64,000 bases of DNA from Phallusia mammillata (Eukaryota): the NCBI GenBank assembly GCA_965637545.1, contig OZ281500.1:16492001-16556000 (forward strand), in the 5' to 3' direction. Below the pieces are notes generated by a model. That model had not been told where the DNA came from and did no database searches. It saw only the letters and a list, made by a program, of their open reading frames with translations. Position 1 is the stretch's first letter; every line of letters starts with the position of its first letter. The translations under genes and the position numbers were made by a program. Below are positions 36,501 through 50,717 of this stretch, piece after piece.

Positions 36501-39500
36501 CTTTATTAGGCACGTACTGTTTGTATACTTTAAGCAAGAAACGATTGTGCATATACCGTGCACGTTATAAAAGTTGAATGTTGGTCTGCAACTAGGTTTT
36601 CGTCAAATTAACTGTTACTAGCATGCACACTACGTTAACAATCGTCGCTCTTTCAGCAACTTTATAATGTTGTAACCAACGTTTCAAAATGTTTTGGGTA
36701 ATTTTGTTTGGTCGTTATGTTTTGGGTATAGAAACGGTTATCGGTCGGTTGACGGTTTATTCGTCGGTGTCATATTTTACACATTAGGGGAAGTCATAAG
36801 CCTTCCTACAGGATGTAATTTGAAACATGCTAGGCAGCGGGAACTAAAACACGACAACAACCAACTAAGTGTAGTATTACTGGCTGCTCGATCTTACTTA
36901 CAGTCAAACACAAAAAAATAACTAGAATAGTGGTTGATATATATATATATATATTGCCAGTTTATATATACTACATCATATTTAACGATGTATCACATTA
37001 TGTGATTCACATATACCATTTACTACATTTATAAAGGATATATATATGGCACCTACATTTCATTGGGTCCCTATCTTTTTCCTGGCACTTTATAACATAA
37101 TTGTTTCTGCAAGCATAATCTAATGGGTCCCCACACATATGCACATGCGATTTGGTAACAGATAAAATAGGGCACAATCATTGTTAAACTGGAATAGTGG
37201 TTTTTCTATATATTCCATTTTACAGAAACTGTGCTATATTTGCGCACCATTCATTATAATTGTAAGGGATATATATTTGATAAATAAAATTCAGTATGGT
37301 ACCAATATTTTTGTGGCCTGTTATAACATAATTGTTTTTGCAAGCAAAAACCAATAGGTCCCCACACACATATACATTTTGAATTCGTAACAGGATGAAT
37401 GGCGCATGCATATGGTAGGTAAGAATTTGAATTGCACAGATGACATTTGTCGTATTTTCTACATACCAACAATATGATTGCTTAGCTGGGCTTTTTATGT
37501 CCAAAACCTGTTCTGAAACAGTTTTATTAACGCTTTCAGTTTGAGAAGTCACGTTACACAGGTGTAAGAAATCGTGCTGCGTTGTCGCTCTGCGTTTCGA
37601 AACACGAATAAGTTGACCTACATTAACAAAATACTTTAAAATACGCTGCAATGTTCCAATCAAAAAAGTATGAAACTACAGAATCATCTGCTTTAACAAG
37701 AATAGCCGTTTTAAATATTTCACGTTTTGGGTGCCTGTAGTTGAACCGAGGGATCAAACGGGGTCAAAATTCACATGGACCATCTTTAGACCAATATCTA
37801 TAATGTGTGTAAATTTGAAAAAGCCATTTCCTTTGAACCATTCCTTCTTGACCAAAACGTGGGAACAAATCCGCGTTAGACGGGGAAAAAAGAAAAAAAT
37901 ATATGTAGACAAAAACAATATGTGTCCCCTTCAGGGAAGGGGACCCATAATATTGAAAGCTGTGGTTCCTAAAGCTCACATATGTTTTGAAAAAACTTAG
38001 CTTGGTGTAATGTGCAGTTTCCGTTTTTGATAACAGACTGCTGTTATAAAAAGTAACTTTTAAAGCTAAGCCAATCGTTGACGTTATTGTTACAACGACA
38101 CCAAAAGGAGTTCAACTTTAAAACGGGTAGTCAATGTTTGCCTATATACTGTAGAATAGGCATTATGTGGTTGGCCAAAACAGAAAAATGCATGTTTCGG
38201 TTTCGACCCTTTTTCGAAAAAAAAACTAGCAGAACTGATCGTTTTTTTAAAACGCCCTATAGTCCCAACCGGCTGCAGGTAACGGAATAGAATAACAAAA
38301 CACAGGAATAAAGCATACAAAAACCAACCTTTCCGGTTGACTTTACTCCTTTCCAGATGCAAAAGTAACAAATCACCCAAGCGAGCAGAAGGCAAAGAGC
38401 CAATTCCCAACGAACCGTCCCGACTTCGTCAAGGCCCTTTGAGAGACCAAGGACTCTTCGTCTGCTCATCCAAAACATTCGCGATTGCACATAGAAAAAA
38501 TGAACATAAAAAACTAATATTAGACAAAGGTTCCCGTAAACTAAGGCTTTGCGAATACAAGGCCTAAAACAGAAGACATTTCGATTTCGTTCTTTATGGG
38601 GTTCCAATGATATTTCACCACGACGTTTTGATTTCTTTACTGTTCGATGGTTTCTTTAATTTTTGGCACTCATCAAGAGGGAATGTATGGGAAGTCGGCT
38701 TATATGCCACAACCCGATAGAGAAAAGTGGATCCAGGTATTTCATAGATTTCAAGGTTCCCACGACGTAACACAGGTTTTGAGCACCGAGGGTGGAAGTG
38801 TCAGTGAATTAACCAATGGTTATCCAGTTATTTATGGGGCAAAGTAAGTATATGTACCACGCGGAGTTTTCCCAAATAAACCTCGGCATTTTGTTTCACT
38901 ATTATCGAAAGTGGCCCAAACGATAATCGATTTTTTGGAATCTAGTGTAAAAACGCTTCAGTGTTAATGTGAAATACAGTTATGCTTTGCAAACGTCGTA
39001 TACCGAATTTTAACAACCATGCGCATTTTTGATTAAACTTTTGGTTAAAATTTGGCATTTTTTAATTTCCTATTTGCTTTAAACCGGCGGAAGGGCGGAA
39101 AACATAACTAATTGGTTGGTAAAATGACAGAGTGCCAGATATTAGTTACATTTTGTTTGCAAATTAACTCATTTTGAAAGGAATAAAAAAACGCTTGCAT
39201 TACCCACAACTATTCACTGCAAATTACATGCGAAAAACTGAAACTAAGCAAATTGTGTAAACAGGCAAGCATTTTAAAAATTAGAGTTTTATCGATTTAT
39301 AAGCAACACGTTAGTTGCATAAATCCATCCACCCTTCCGCAAGGAATATAGAAAGATCAATCGCAAATAAATGTTAAAATTAAAGCGGCAACTTTTCGCA
39401 AGCTAGTGACCTACAACAACAAAAAAAGTAAAAGGCTTTAATTTTCAAGCAGATTTGCTGGTGAGCAAGACGCAAATTTTTGTTTCTACAGATACTGACT

Positions 39501-42500
39501 CCCAATATTCGGTTTCGGGCGACGTCTTGGTTCCGTTGCATAGAGTGGCGTTGTAGGTGGGAGTGGCGGCTGTGGTGAAGGTGGCTGCAGTGGTAGCAAG
39601 TGTAGAGGCCACTGTGGTAAAATTGTCGCTGGTATTGTTGGCGACTGATTTGATGTAAGTGTCAACGCAACAAGGCGTATTCCAGTAGTGGCCGCACTTT
39701 GCCCACGGCAGCTCCGCGGTAAAGCTTTGGAAGAGGTAGAAGATCGCCCAGGCGAGTATTACAATGTAGTAAATGTTCAGCAGGGCCACAATCACCATGG
39801 ATGCGTATCCAATACCTGGAAACATCTCATGGTAACTGATTGTGCGTGTTTGCATGCGCACTTCCATCGTCCTACCTGACCAGAAACACAAACCCTACAG
39901 GGATAAGAAATGGAAAACGGACCAGATTGCTTAGGCCAGTGGTTTTCAAATCGGGACAATTTTCCAATGCTTTGGATTTATGGAAAGTCTTCGTTATCGT
40001 AATAGCAGTGTTTCGTTCTAAAACTGCTGCTCTTTGGGGATTGGGCAGTAATATACAAAGAAATTGTGATGGGAAAGTACATGGTGGATTATTATCAAAC
40101 GTATAATGAAGCATGAAAAACACTGGCTTAGGCAGGAGCAGATAGGGATCTAAACGTGAGTTAGAAATTTTTTCAGGTCAGAAACGCAAAAAATAAAAAT
40201 CTAGGCTATAAAAATGTGCCATAGAGGGAAAAAAATTCTTTGGCTTATCTTACAATAGGCTTAACTTTCCAACATAAACATAGGAACAATGTATTGTTTA
40301 TTAACAGTAAGAGTTAAAGTATTTTTCCCCATTTTCCCAATAAGTCCAAGTTTTAGCAAAATCAGTAAGCAGAATATCTCGGCAGGACGAAAGAATCACA
40401 ACAATGCACACATAATTTATTTTCTATGACAATAAAAACGAAACACACAAACTTACCGGAATTGGGCGTCACCTACAAACAATGTTTACACAAACAGAAA
40501 AGTACAACAAACACAAAACACTGTACGATTGTCTGATATATTTAACAGGAACCAAAATGCCATGAACTAGTGAGTAAGCTAATAATCTTTGCGGGCGGGC
40601 GGTAGTGTAACGTGTTGTATGCCGAACATACGATAGGTGCTTGTAGCTCATGAATTGGACATGGGTTAGGATTATGATACTAAGGTGCATTTTACACTAC
40701 ATTGGAACTGCCTCGATAAGACCTTTTGACAAGATGGGGGCATTTAAAACGTGTTGACCTTAATTTTGGGAACAGAAAGCTAATTTTGACTAAGCAAACA
40801 CCAACACATGTTTCAATATCTTCTTTATCAGTTACACGGACTGTAGTTACAACTGAAACTCACCAGTTCCAAGTGGAACAAGTCTCCAGCTAGTGACGCC
40901 ACCCTCGCTCATATACTGACCAAGAGAAACTTCCAGAAAGAAGATGGGAATTCCGCCCAGTACCAGAAAAATAGCATACGGAATAAGAAACGCACCTGAA
41001 CATAAAATGGTCTATCACTTTAAAATTTAAAGTGTATTGATGATAGATTAGACTAGATCGTCAACTTATGAAGCTAAAAGAGCTTTATTTTTCGTAAATA
41101 TATCTGTATATATCTGTTCGCAAAATGAATGCAATTTCACTTGCAAAGTTACAAGACTATATGCCCTGAAATGGTCAAAAACCTTTCAGTGTCACATCTA
41201 TCACAGCGTCAAATGAGTTAATATTTACTGGTGAAACGTCGGTAATTGTTACACAATAATGAGACGAAGTAGAAACAAACGAATAGTTCCAATAGGTAAT
41301 TATTTGTCTGTGCAACCGTTTTTTGCTAAATCACGATTGTAACATAGTTAGGTGTCTCTATGAAACACACAACTAAATAACAGATTGTCGTGTTTAAGGT
41401 GTAACTTAAAAGATTATGTGCACTTTGTTACAATACACGGGTGATGCCAAGCAAATTAGTTAACGTTTTATTCAGTGAATACGCCCCAAGATTTTTACGA
41501 TGATATAACCGCACAAGTGTCCTAAAAGAAACAATTGAACTAGGGAATGTTGTCAATTTGAATGGGAGTGTTGAAGCCATAAACGAGTTTTACAGGCATG
41601 AGGTACTCACCACCTCCATTTTTGTAACAGAGATATGGAAACCGCCAAACGTTGCCAAGTCCGACGAAACCACCAGCGACTGAAAGAATAAAGTCCATCT
41701 TTCTGGCCCACTTCTCTCGCTGAATAGGAGCCTCCGAGTCCACATCACTGTCTGATCTCTTCACCTTCACTTCAAGGTCATCCGGGGAGGCAAATGGAGG
41801 ATTACTGTTCGCCATATCGGCGTCCTGTGAAAAAATAAGTCGATATTATGACATAAGCTTGTAGTCGCTTTACGTCGCTTCCAACAAACTTACCCCCTTT
41901 TACAATATTTTAAAACAATTTCAAATCGTGCCTTTAGGTAATACATACGATGTTAAATTGAAAAACTGGTCATTATTCTACGATATACATTTTATTAGGC
42001 GCTGTGTTTGGCACCGACAGTTAGCTAAAGTTAACAACGGGAATGCAGCAATAAATTTACAGTTTTACATTCACAGGTCAAAGGCTACGTGAGTTGTAAA
42101 AACCTGTCCCGAATGACTGTAGTTGACTGTGATACATCTGCAAATGCTAAAATATTTTGTTTACCCTAAACATCAAACCTTTATGATCAAGTTTTCACGT
42201 CTTTTAAATAAACAATAAACACACCTGGTACGTCTGTACCTCATTTGCTGGCAAAGGCATTGGGGTGTCCATGTTACAGATGTTCGGTTACTTTATAACT
42301 AAAGAAACTGAAACAGATCACAACTGCTAAATTACATACTTTCAAAAGTTTAAATGCGGTCTTCGACTGTTTTTGACAACAAATACACAGCCCAAATTGC
42401 CTTTTCCTTTGCTAAAACCGGTTACAAAACAACGAGAAGTCCAAATTACTTCAAACAACTTGGCATGAACGGCTAAATAAGTAATGATTTGCCGCGCGGC

Positions 42501-43817
42501 ATTTGCAATGGACAGTCTGTTACGTTTCGTATGACTGGGGAATCGATTGAAGACCTTTTTAACACGCGGTTAAGAATGTAGGCCAGGTTCCAGTTTGGAA
42601 ATCTGCTACAGACACAACGAACGGGGTCAGACGAGGGGCAAACTTTCCAGCGAGGTTGAATAAAGAGCAAAAAAATGAACTCGGTTGAACCCCGGAACCA
42701 AGGGGGCTTTAGATGACACAATTTTCAAGATTTTGTTCACATGGTACACTTCGGCCGAATTGTGCCAAATAAACAAATGCATCGTTTTCAAAAAAAACTT
42801 TAATTGGAGCATATACGTTTGAAGCTTGATAGCGCGATGAGGATTTAATCTTTTTACATTCAGTTTACATAAAAAAGTGTTCTTTCATGTCAAATAATCG
42901 TTTTATGGTTTCAGATGAATAACACTAATTGCTTCCAAAACGCATTTGCCTAATATGTACTGCCAAGCAAACTCAGCTCATTTGACGTTATCAGTTTGTG
43001 TCAAATATTCTTCCATCTGACCTGCCTACCAGATGACACCCCGACGCTGCTGTTTGCCAAATACTGGCACCTTACGCGAGTTTCTTGAATTTAACTTTAC
43101 ACGAATCGGCAATAATTCTTTGTGAACTTATATATCAATCGATCTTCTTCGTTTTACAGCGACAACATGAATGGATTCTGGTGGGCAAGCAGAAGCATGT
43201 TTTCAAAGTAGGGGGTGAAGTGTTTGACTGGTAGACATCCGTCATGCTGTTCAAACCATTGACCGATTTGCTGTTTTTGTGACTTTTGTTTGAACAGCAA
43301 AGTTGTTTACATGGATTTTCACAATGCAAAAAGTAAGTCAGGTCTTGGGGCTCACATAACAGACCCTTCTGAACCCGGTTTGGTACTTTATTGGAAGACG
43401 GTTACCAATTCTGCATCACACAAATTTGCTGACAACCACGTTGTCTTTCCAAAGCTCGATCGGAAAACCACATCCCGATTACAAATTTGTACTTGTCAAC
43501 ACGCTTACTTTCAGGCGTCGTTACCTGTGGCATCAGCAAAATCTACGCTAAACCTAAGATTAAGTTATTTACTTTTTTGTAGTTCTCCGCATGTGCTAAA
43601 CGCTTGCCTATGTGGTAAACACGCGCCTTTTCGACACAGGACACACATAACTGCATCTTATCAAATGTTCACTCGAACCGATTTTTGTTCTTTCAGATAT
43701 GACGGGAAGAGTGTTTATACATACCTCGGCTAAAAGCCTCTTTTCTGATTCAGGATCAACCATTTCTATTGGCTCGTTGTTTTCAGAGGAGTAGCTGGGA
43801 GCATTTGGGGAATCCAT
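30561..43817 (-). CDS. SLC6A6: Na+/Cl- dependent taurine transporter-like (SLC6 GABA/taurine subfamily); exons 43817-43725, 41824-41611, 40995-40864, 39815-39500, 38461-38329, 35994-35860, 33835-33731, 33370-33247, 32829-32717, 32359-32222, 31816-31714, 31522-31422, 31280-31110, 30830-30561 (715 aa)
   Basis: TM1 [35 protein letters not shown] has the TauT-type 'AGGFVG'. TM8 [20 protein letters not shown] keeps the TauT-type FVE. Also [24 protein letters not shown] and [16 protein letters not shown]. All junctions are GT-AG with consistent phases. Confidence 0.93.
33458..33583. repeat. ~53-bp-arm hairpin in an SLC6 intron containing a hammerhead-like core; flanked by 14-bp direct repeat TAACACAGTAATTC (33440-33453, 33616-33629)
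   Basis: Arms 33458-33510 and 33529-33583 are reverse complements apart from a 2-nt indel and a mismatch. Confidence 0.85.
33488..33532 (-). ncRNA. candidate minimal type I hammerhead ribozyme, U3-A8 variant
   Basis: Minus strand reads caacat-t-UUGAUAA-U-GACGCA agu UGC u GUC-GAAAC-GUC-auguug. Confidence 0.5.
39937..40125. mobile_element. hAT MITE in an SLC6 intron
   Basis: TIRs CAGTGGTTTTCA / TGAAAAACACTG and 8-bp TSD GCTTAGGC (39929-39936, 40126-40133). Confidence 0.85.
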
Positions 43818-46800
43818 TGTTCCAGAGTCGTTTAGGAAAAAAACAGCTCGATTTTAAATTTAACTGTGGTGTTTTACAACAGTCGTAATCGTAAAGAAGA
43901 GCAATAAGCCTGTCAAAATACGCAAAACTTGTGCATTAGTTTTGTTTGTACAACCTCTGTGAAGTTTTAAAGACAGAACGGTGGCAAACAGAACGTTCTG
44001 GAGCGCAAATATTGACTGCAAGCCGGTAAACTTAATGGCTGCATGGGGGTTGGCAAAATAGGGGTTTGGCTTGTTTAAAAAAAGGATTAAAAACAAACAA
44101 AAGTGGGACTCAAATTTATTTGTTGTTTATGCATGGTACGCTATTACGGAGTGTTTTCACGCGTCAACAAGTTTCGCATGCGTGTAGCTTAATGTAGTTT
44201 TTAACTAAAGATACTTATACTCGCCCGTTTTAAACACATTTTTTTAGATCGTGCCTGATCATCCAGTAAACAACTTGTTTCAAACCACAAAACATAAGTG
44301 GTTAGCTGGGAAAGCATTATCTCGCCCTTCAGGTAGGCTTTATTGACATTAGGTGACCTAAGTACACTGATATTTAAGAGAAAATGTAATAACGTGAAAA
44401 GCTATGCTGCCTCCATCTATCTTTAGACACATGCAAAAGGCGTGGTTTTCCTGAGGTTGTCTTTTTATATCCCTCATCCACTGTTACCTATTCATGGCAA
44501 ATGTCACTTCCAATAATTTGAACGGATGTGTATTATGTACACTAGCTTTTCGCAACAGGTGGGACGCGCCCCTGGAATGCTGCAAGATCTTGCTTCTACA
44601 TAAATTTCGGCTAATAGGCTAAATGGGTTTTTAATCTAGCCCTTGCAACTTTGTACTTTTACCTATAGGATCTTCTCGTATTAGCAATGGTACACGGTAA
44701 TAAAGATAGGATGTTAATAAGATGTTTTGGCCAAAAAAAGCTAAGAAGACAAAATATACATCGACCAGCATCAGCCGTTGCCTTGTAAGTGTGTTCAGTA
44801 AAAATACGTAGCAAAGGCGCTATCACCAACGACGCATTTACTTTATTCAGACATATTACGTTACAAGCTGTGGGCAATGTGTTTGTGTTGATCAATGAGA
44901 CCATCCCTGGCCGTAGTTACATTTTCAAAACAACTATGTTTTGTTGATCAATAAGACTTTACACACATCTGTAATAGAATTTTGATATCACCTGAATATT
45001 CCACAGGGAAACAACAAGTTGCAAGTTTTGTAAGTGGGACAGGTTGGATGATGAAAAGCTTTTGTCTTTTTTGGTCTTTGATAATTTTTTTAATGATAAC
45101 ACCCAAGAATTAAAAAAGAAGCATTAACGGCTCCGATTCAGCCAACATAAAGAGGTATCATGAACGACCCGATAACCGGCTGTTCAAAGTCGGCGGTTTT
45201 GTAACGGCTGCTATGCGTGGCGTTGCGTTTTTGTTGTAAAAAGTTGGTGGCGGTTAAAACGTTTGTTTAGAAAATTAATGAAAGCGATGATTTTTGCTGT
45301 ATAATGTGACTGACAAATCGTTTAAAACATGTAGACTAAATCCATACACAACGAAAACACAAGCTAAAAGGAAAACGAATTCAATTTCCGCTGTGGATAG
45401 CACATACGCCGTAATTGGTAATTTATCGACATTGCGCTGTTTTCAGTGGCCTTATAGTTTGGTGGGAAGAGGCCCTGAACAATATTAATGTGCATTTCTA
45501 TAAACGTTCAGCGAGCCTTTCCTTTTTCTGCACTATGTAATTTCGACAAAGCATTTGTATTTTGCGATTTTGATTTAATGGTTGATTGACTCACTGTATT
45601 CCATTTAACGTCAGACCAAACCAATGCTGATAACTGTATGGGTCAGAGACGCAAAACATGTTTTTCAAGCTATAATCGCAGACATGTTGTTGACAGGCGA
45701 TCAACGACTACCTCTAGAGACAAAACCCGATGACTTAAGAGATTGGCGCATTTCCAACAGCGTGAAGGTTGGGTTGTTTGAAGAAGAATGAAACACCATC
45801 GCTAGTTTCACACCTAAATGGCTTTCTCCTGTACATGCGCATCAATGGAACAGACTTTTTGAATGGGGGCTCTTATTTTTACCTAAACACTCATGTATGG
45901 AAAGCTGCGTTGCCAACACATTGTTTAAAAGCGTCGCGGCAACCGTTCCCACGGCGCGGGCTAAAACCAAATTAAAGTCTCGTCCAAGCGTAATAATTAC
46001 GACTTTCAAAATAATTTTACTGTAATATTTATAAAGTTTGTAAGAATTTGTTGCATTTTGATCACGCTTTTTTACATAGCAGTAGAACAATGCTTTCAAA
46101 AGTGCTCCTAGTTAATATATACAATACAGGTTTATTGACCAATATTACATTAAAATGATATGTTTTTTCATGTTCGGTATCTATGGTTTAGATAAGAATA
46201 AACATTGGTTTTAACCTAAAAAATCACGTTACAGCTACTGGACTCTTTTCCGTTGGTAAAATCTCTCTACCTTCGAAACAGAACGTTCAAAAAACACCGT
46301 TCGCTTCTTTCTGATCATAACACGTGCGCTGCTAACCTTTACAACAACAATCAACTGTTTGTGTGCCGCGCACGAATCAAAACACCAAGTAGAGTTGCCT
46401 GGCGTGCTGAACGACATACGGTCTGCAGGCGATCGACAGCTTGCCTGATCGGGCGTTTTACGACGATTATCCTTCGTCTTACTTGTATGTAGGACACCGC
46501 TTTCAATGCTTATCTCTGCTTAGGCCTTAGTGGGAGAAGGGAATTTCCCAGCTTTCCAGGGTTAAAGCTGATTAAATCTAATAATACTGTGCGGCGAACA
46601 TTTAATTTGAAATTACTACTGACAAGTGCAGACATCGGCTGCGCAAAACCTACATTGATACTGACCCACAAATCATTTTGCATGGAAATTTTTCGTTCGA
46701 GGGGAAGCTTTCCGGACTGATCAACGTTACGACATTAACACTACTAGCATTAAAACTTTTTTTGTCCCCAAGCCAACGATCCTTATCCATCACACACGTT

Positions 46801-49142
46801 TCAGAAAAGGCTGTTGCTGCGAGGCATGTGCGGAAAAAAGGCAAAAACAAAACGCATTTTTTTAAAGCGATGATTCGACACATTGTTCTTTCTGGCCTTC
46901 AGTACAAGTAGTCCAAGCCTATTTATGAGATGCCCAACAGTTTTGCAAGAAGAAGTTTATCAAGTGCGCGCAGTAAAAGTAGGCTATTGTAGTGATCTCC
47001 CTCGCAACGTTACTTGTTTTAGCCCTAATGATTACGACCGAAAGGCTACACAGTAATATCTACCACCAACTAAGCTCATTTTTTTTAAAAAAACCCATTG
47101 ACTGGTTTGTTTCAAGGAAGTGCAACAGACCATTACACGGTAATATTGATCAAGCTTTCAGTATAGCATCTTTCGGCTGACTGACTGAATTGCATGGTTC
47201 ATTACCCTCACACTGACTAACTGTACAGTTTAAAACACTACACTAGCACCATTCAGCTTCCATCCCGCGCCCAGTTAAGGAAGTTGCAACGTGATTCATG
47301 CTTTATGTAACGTTCAACGCCCGTGTGTTACTAAACCTCGCCATAACGACCACAGGGCAACTAATATGTATTATGAAGGCAGCCTTTGTTTGAGGCTCCC
47401 TTGCGGTCTACAAGATGCTACGACAAAGCTTATAGTGTGCTTCTTGTGACCATTCAAGCTCAAAGCAAAACGTGAAGTTGACCACATTGCGTTAAACCTT
47501 TTTTGTCCGGTGCTGTAACACCTTGACTGAGCCCAAACGACAAAACCTAGTCTAAGTCTAGAATATACTGATAAAAACATGAAGTGTGTATTTTTCGGTC
47601 AATAAATTCAAAGCGCAAACAATGGCGTCATTCAGTCACTTGTTTTACTAAGTGTTCAAGGGCGCTGGGTTAATAGCAGCCACACCCACGTCAGATTTTA
47701 CACTGTTTTTTATGTTCCTGTGTGAAATAATAATTAGCCAGTGTATCAAGGAACCTTACGTCGGGTTCGGCCCATATATAGTCCATTTGCAATTAAGATA
47801 AAAAGTAGATACTGCGAAACAGTTCATTAAGATAAAAAACGACATGAGTTAAAAAGGACGTCACATAGAATTAATGCATTTATCATCTTCTAAATTTGGA
47901 ACTACTATACAGAACCGTTGCAAGAAATCACTGCATTACGCTATCATACGATTTCTATGTACTGTTTTACAGTGCTCTCTGACGTGATTCATTCATGGCA
48001 AACTGTTTTGTGGTTTAACACAGTCATTCAAGGTTGGAACTGAGTCGGATGATCGCAATAACGGTTAACAACTTTCTTACAAGCTTGTGCTAAGCTAAGG
48101 TATTGTGTATGTATGGTACTCTAAACACAACATATTCACACGACAAACTTAAATCTACATGGTGATTCCCACTATACTGGTTATCAAAAAATATGAATGT
48201 GTAAATAGATACAGTGTCGTCATGTGTCAAATACGCTGCCAATATTTGCTTACACGTAAAAAAAGAGTAGTGAAAACTGGTAGTAACTGTGTAGATCGAG
48301 AACACGTGGTTATGAGCAACTATTTGTCTTTAGAGATCATGCTTCCAACACACCAAAAAACATAGTTTATAATTTTGTAACAGAATTTTCAACATGTTTT
48401 AAACATAGTCAAACAAAATCCACCCTCAAAATGTGTCAGTTTTACTTCAGTACATAAAACCTTACTATTTAGCTGTTTGAAGAAGAAGGTATTTAGTTCA
48501 TAACAAAGCTGATAAAATTTGACAGAGCTTTAGGTTATAACATTGTGGCGCAACATATATCTTCTGCATAGCCTTGTAGTAAACTCTGTCAATCACTGTT
48601 TTCTGATTTGTACTTAGCTTGCCAAAACCGATCGGCCACTTAACTACAGTCACAGTTAAATTCAGCTAGGTCAACAAATTAAACCACTTCACGACTTTAA
48701 CATTCCAACATGCTTGAAAAAGTGTCACATAGATTAAGCTGCGGCAATCTGCAGGTGTACGCTGCGAGCTAGCACTTGAGACAGACTAACGTTAACGTAA
48801 GGCTATCCTTGGTTACCGATCTCAACCACTGCTGCTACGGGAGTAAGAAATCGCTACAGTCATAGTGATACTCGAGACGTGTTTACCAGCTCACATTGAT
48901 CATTATATTTTCAACACAAAAATTTCTGCTGGTTTTGATTACACGCGCTGTTGTTAAAAAAATATCCGATTTATACTTCACCAAAAAAAACTTGTTTCGG
49001 AAATTGTATGTATTGAAATTTAATAAAACAGCAACAAGATTGTGTCCTTCAATAACAAACCCGACGGCCAAAATTCTCATTAGCGAGATTGAATTAGGAT
49101 ATGGATAAACTGTTGCTGCCTTTATTAGCCTTTATTAAAGTA

Positions 49143-49185
49143 TGCCAACGTTTCGATGTACATACGAGACACCTTCATCAGGGCA
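49143..49185 (-). ncRNA. minimal type I hammerhead ribozyme (Penelope-like element type)
   Basis: Minus strand reads UGCC-CUGAUGA-A-GGUGU cucguaugu ACAUC-GAAAC-GUU-GGCA, giving stem I UGCC/GGCA, a 5-bp stem II and an intact core. AATAAA follows twice just downstream. Confidence 0.72.
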
Positions 49186-50717
49186 ATGACATAAATTGCA
49201 AACATAAGTTATTGTCCCTAAGGCACCTATGGTTGAAAAAAAGGGTGCATCTTGTGTCTCACAATCGTATGTCTTAAATTAACGTATTCCGCAGTTGGGA
49301 AAGGACGTTGGGTCCGTACAGACCTTTGAAATATGCTGCCATAACCTATTTATATTTTTAAACAGTAGATTGCTTACATGGTTATAAAGCCTTTATCGCG
49401 TTTACATGAATATTGCTTTGTAACTTATTGTTTTTCCTCTAGTTTAGTTTATCGTATGTTTGGTAATCACGAAAAAAGAGTGCGTGCATTCTGTCTCATA
49501 ATGCTCTGTGGCGTAAGTCACAACCACCAAACAAAAAAGAATAATGGTAGGCTTATACATTCTTCAGGGTTGGACTTCATTTTATGAGAAAAATATACAA
49601 AACTTTATTTTATATTTTATAGAACACATAAGAGTCCAAAAAATCTGTTTTTTGGTCTTCAGTTCAACTGCAAAAGTTTTCAAATGAATGAAAAAGGAAA
49701 GAAATTCGAAACCCAACAGCTGTATTACTATAGTATACAAGTCATTTTGGAATGCAGCTAAATAACCATCCAAAGATATTACGTGCAAATGATAAAAAAA
49801 ATCGATACCTGTAGATTGAGAAACTCAAGTGAATTCAATTTGTTCCCCGAGTCTCTAATTTGATCGATAAATTATTAATGACCAAGGTAAATCGCCCAGT
49901 GGAAATTTTCTGGATATTTTTGACCTCTTCTATATAGACTCTATTATACACGCTCTGCACTCTGCAGTATGTTCATTTTAATCTGCAGGCGACGGCTTGG
50001 TATCAGTTATAGCCAACTTTGAAATTTGTGTATAATTTGCACTAATCGTTGTGATTTATTCATTTTGCAAGTTGGTTTAATCGTCCAGTGCAACATGATT
50101 ATTGGTTAACGTTAAACCATTAAAACAAATCGGCATTTCGGAAGAGTTACAAAAATTACTCACATCAACAAAGTGCAGGTAGGTGACGTAAATCCTGGTT
50201 GTTAAACTACCGATAACATAGGCTTATAGGTTGGGAACTTGATTGTAGGCTACAGTTACTTCTAATTTAATTGATTACAATACTTCACCTGGACCCAAAT
50301 AACCCCAATCGTTGGCAGTTTTAAAAAAGTTTGTTTCCAATGACGACAGTGCTCATTTGCACCACCAATCGATATTTTTTCTGATTGGAGTTATAGTTTT
50401 GAAAGCATTTTTGTGGCATTAAACCTGTAGCATTTTTGAACAATTACACCATATGTACAGTTTGTTTGTCTAGAGGCGTGATTCAAATTATTCTTTACAC
50501 ATTGTTATCAGTTGCCACGACTCTCAGTTGCCACATAAAAATGCTTGATATAAGGCCGATTCGATTCTGACATAATGCTTCTTCCAGGCCTGATGTACTG
50601 TGTTCTAAATTTGACATAAACGTCGTCAACAGATGTTTTATGCACATATGACCACAAGACAAATATTGGCATTGTTTTACTAAACCATAAGATTCTCGAG
50701 TTTCTTTGTTTATGTTT

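Noticed and set aside
39816-39875. In-frame alternative acceptor adding 20 aa before SLC6 TM3
   Set aside because: The proximal acceptor already restores the canonical W-x-x-x-P-L-x-x-G-I-G-Y spacing, and an insertion there would disrupt the fold.
45740-46700. TonE/NFAT5 (TGGAAANNYNY) and NF-kB (GGGAATTTCCC 46539-46549) sites upstream of the taurine transporter
   Set aside because: These are isolated short motifs expected by chance in AT-rich DNA, and the TSS is unknown.
46235-46911. GC-richer ORFs between SLC6 and the orphan gene, including a GCCCEAC stretch
   Set aside because: No consistent exon chain or recognisable domain. It may be promoter or 5'UTR sequence.
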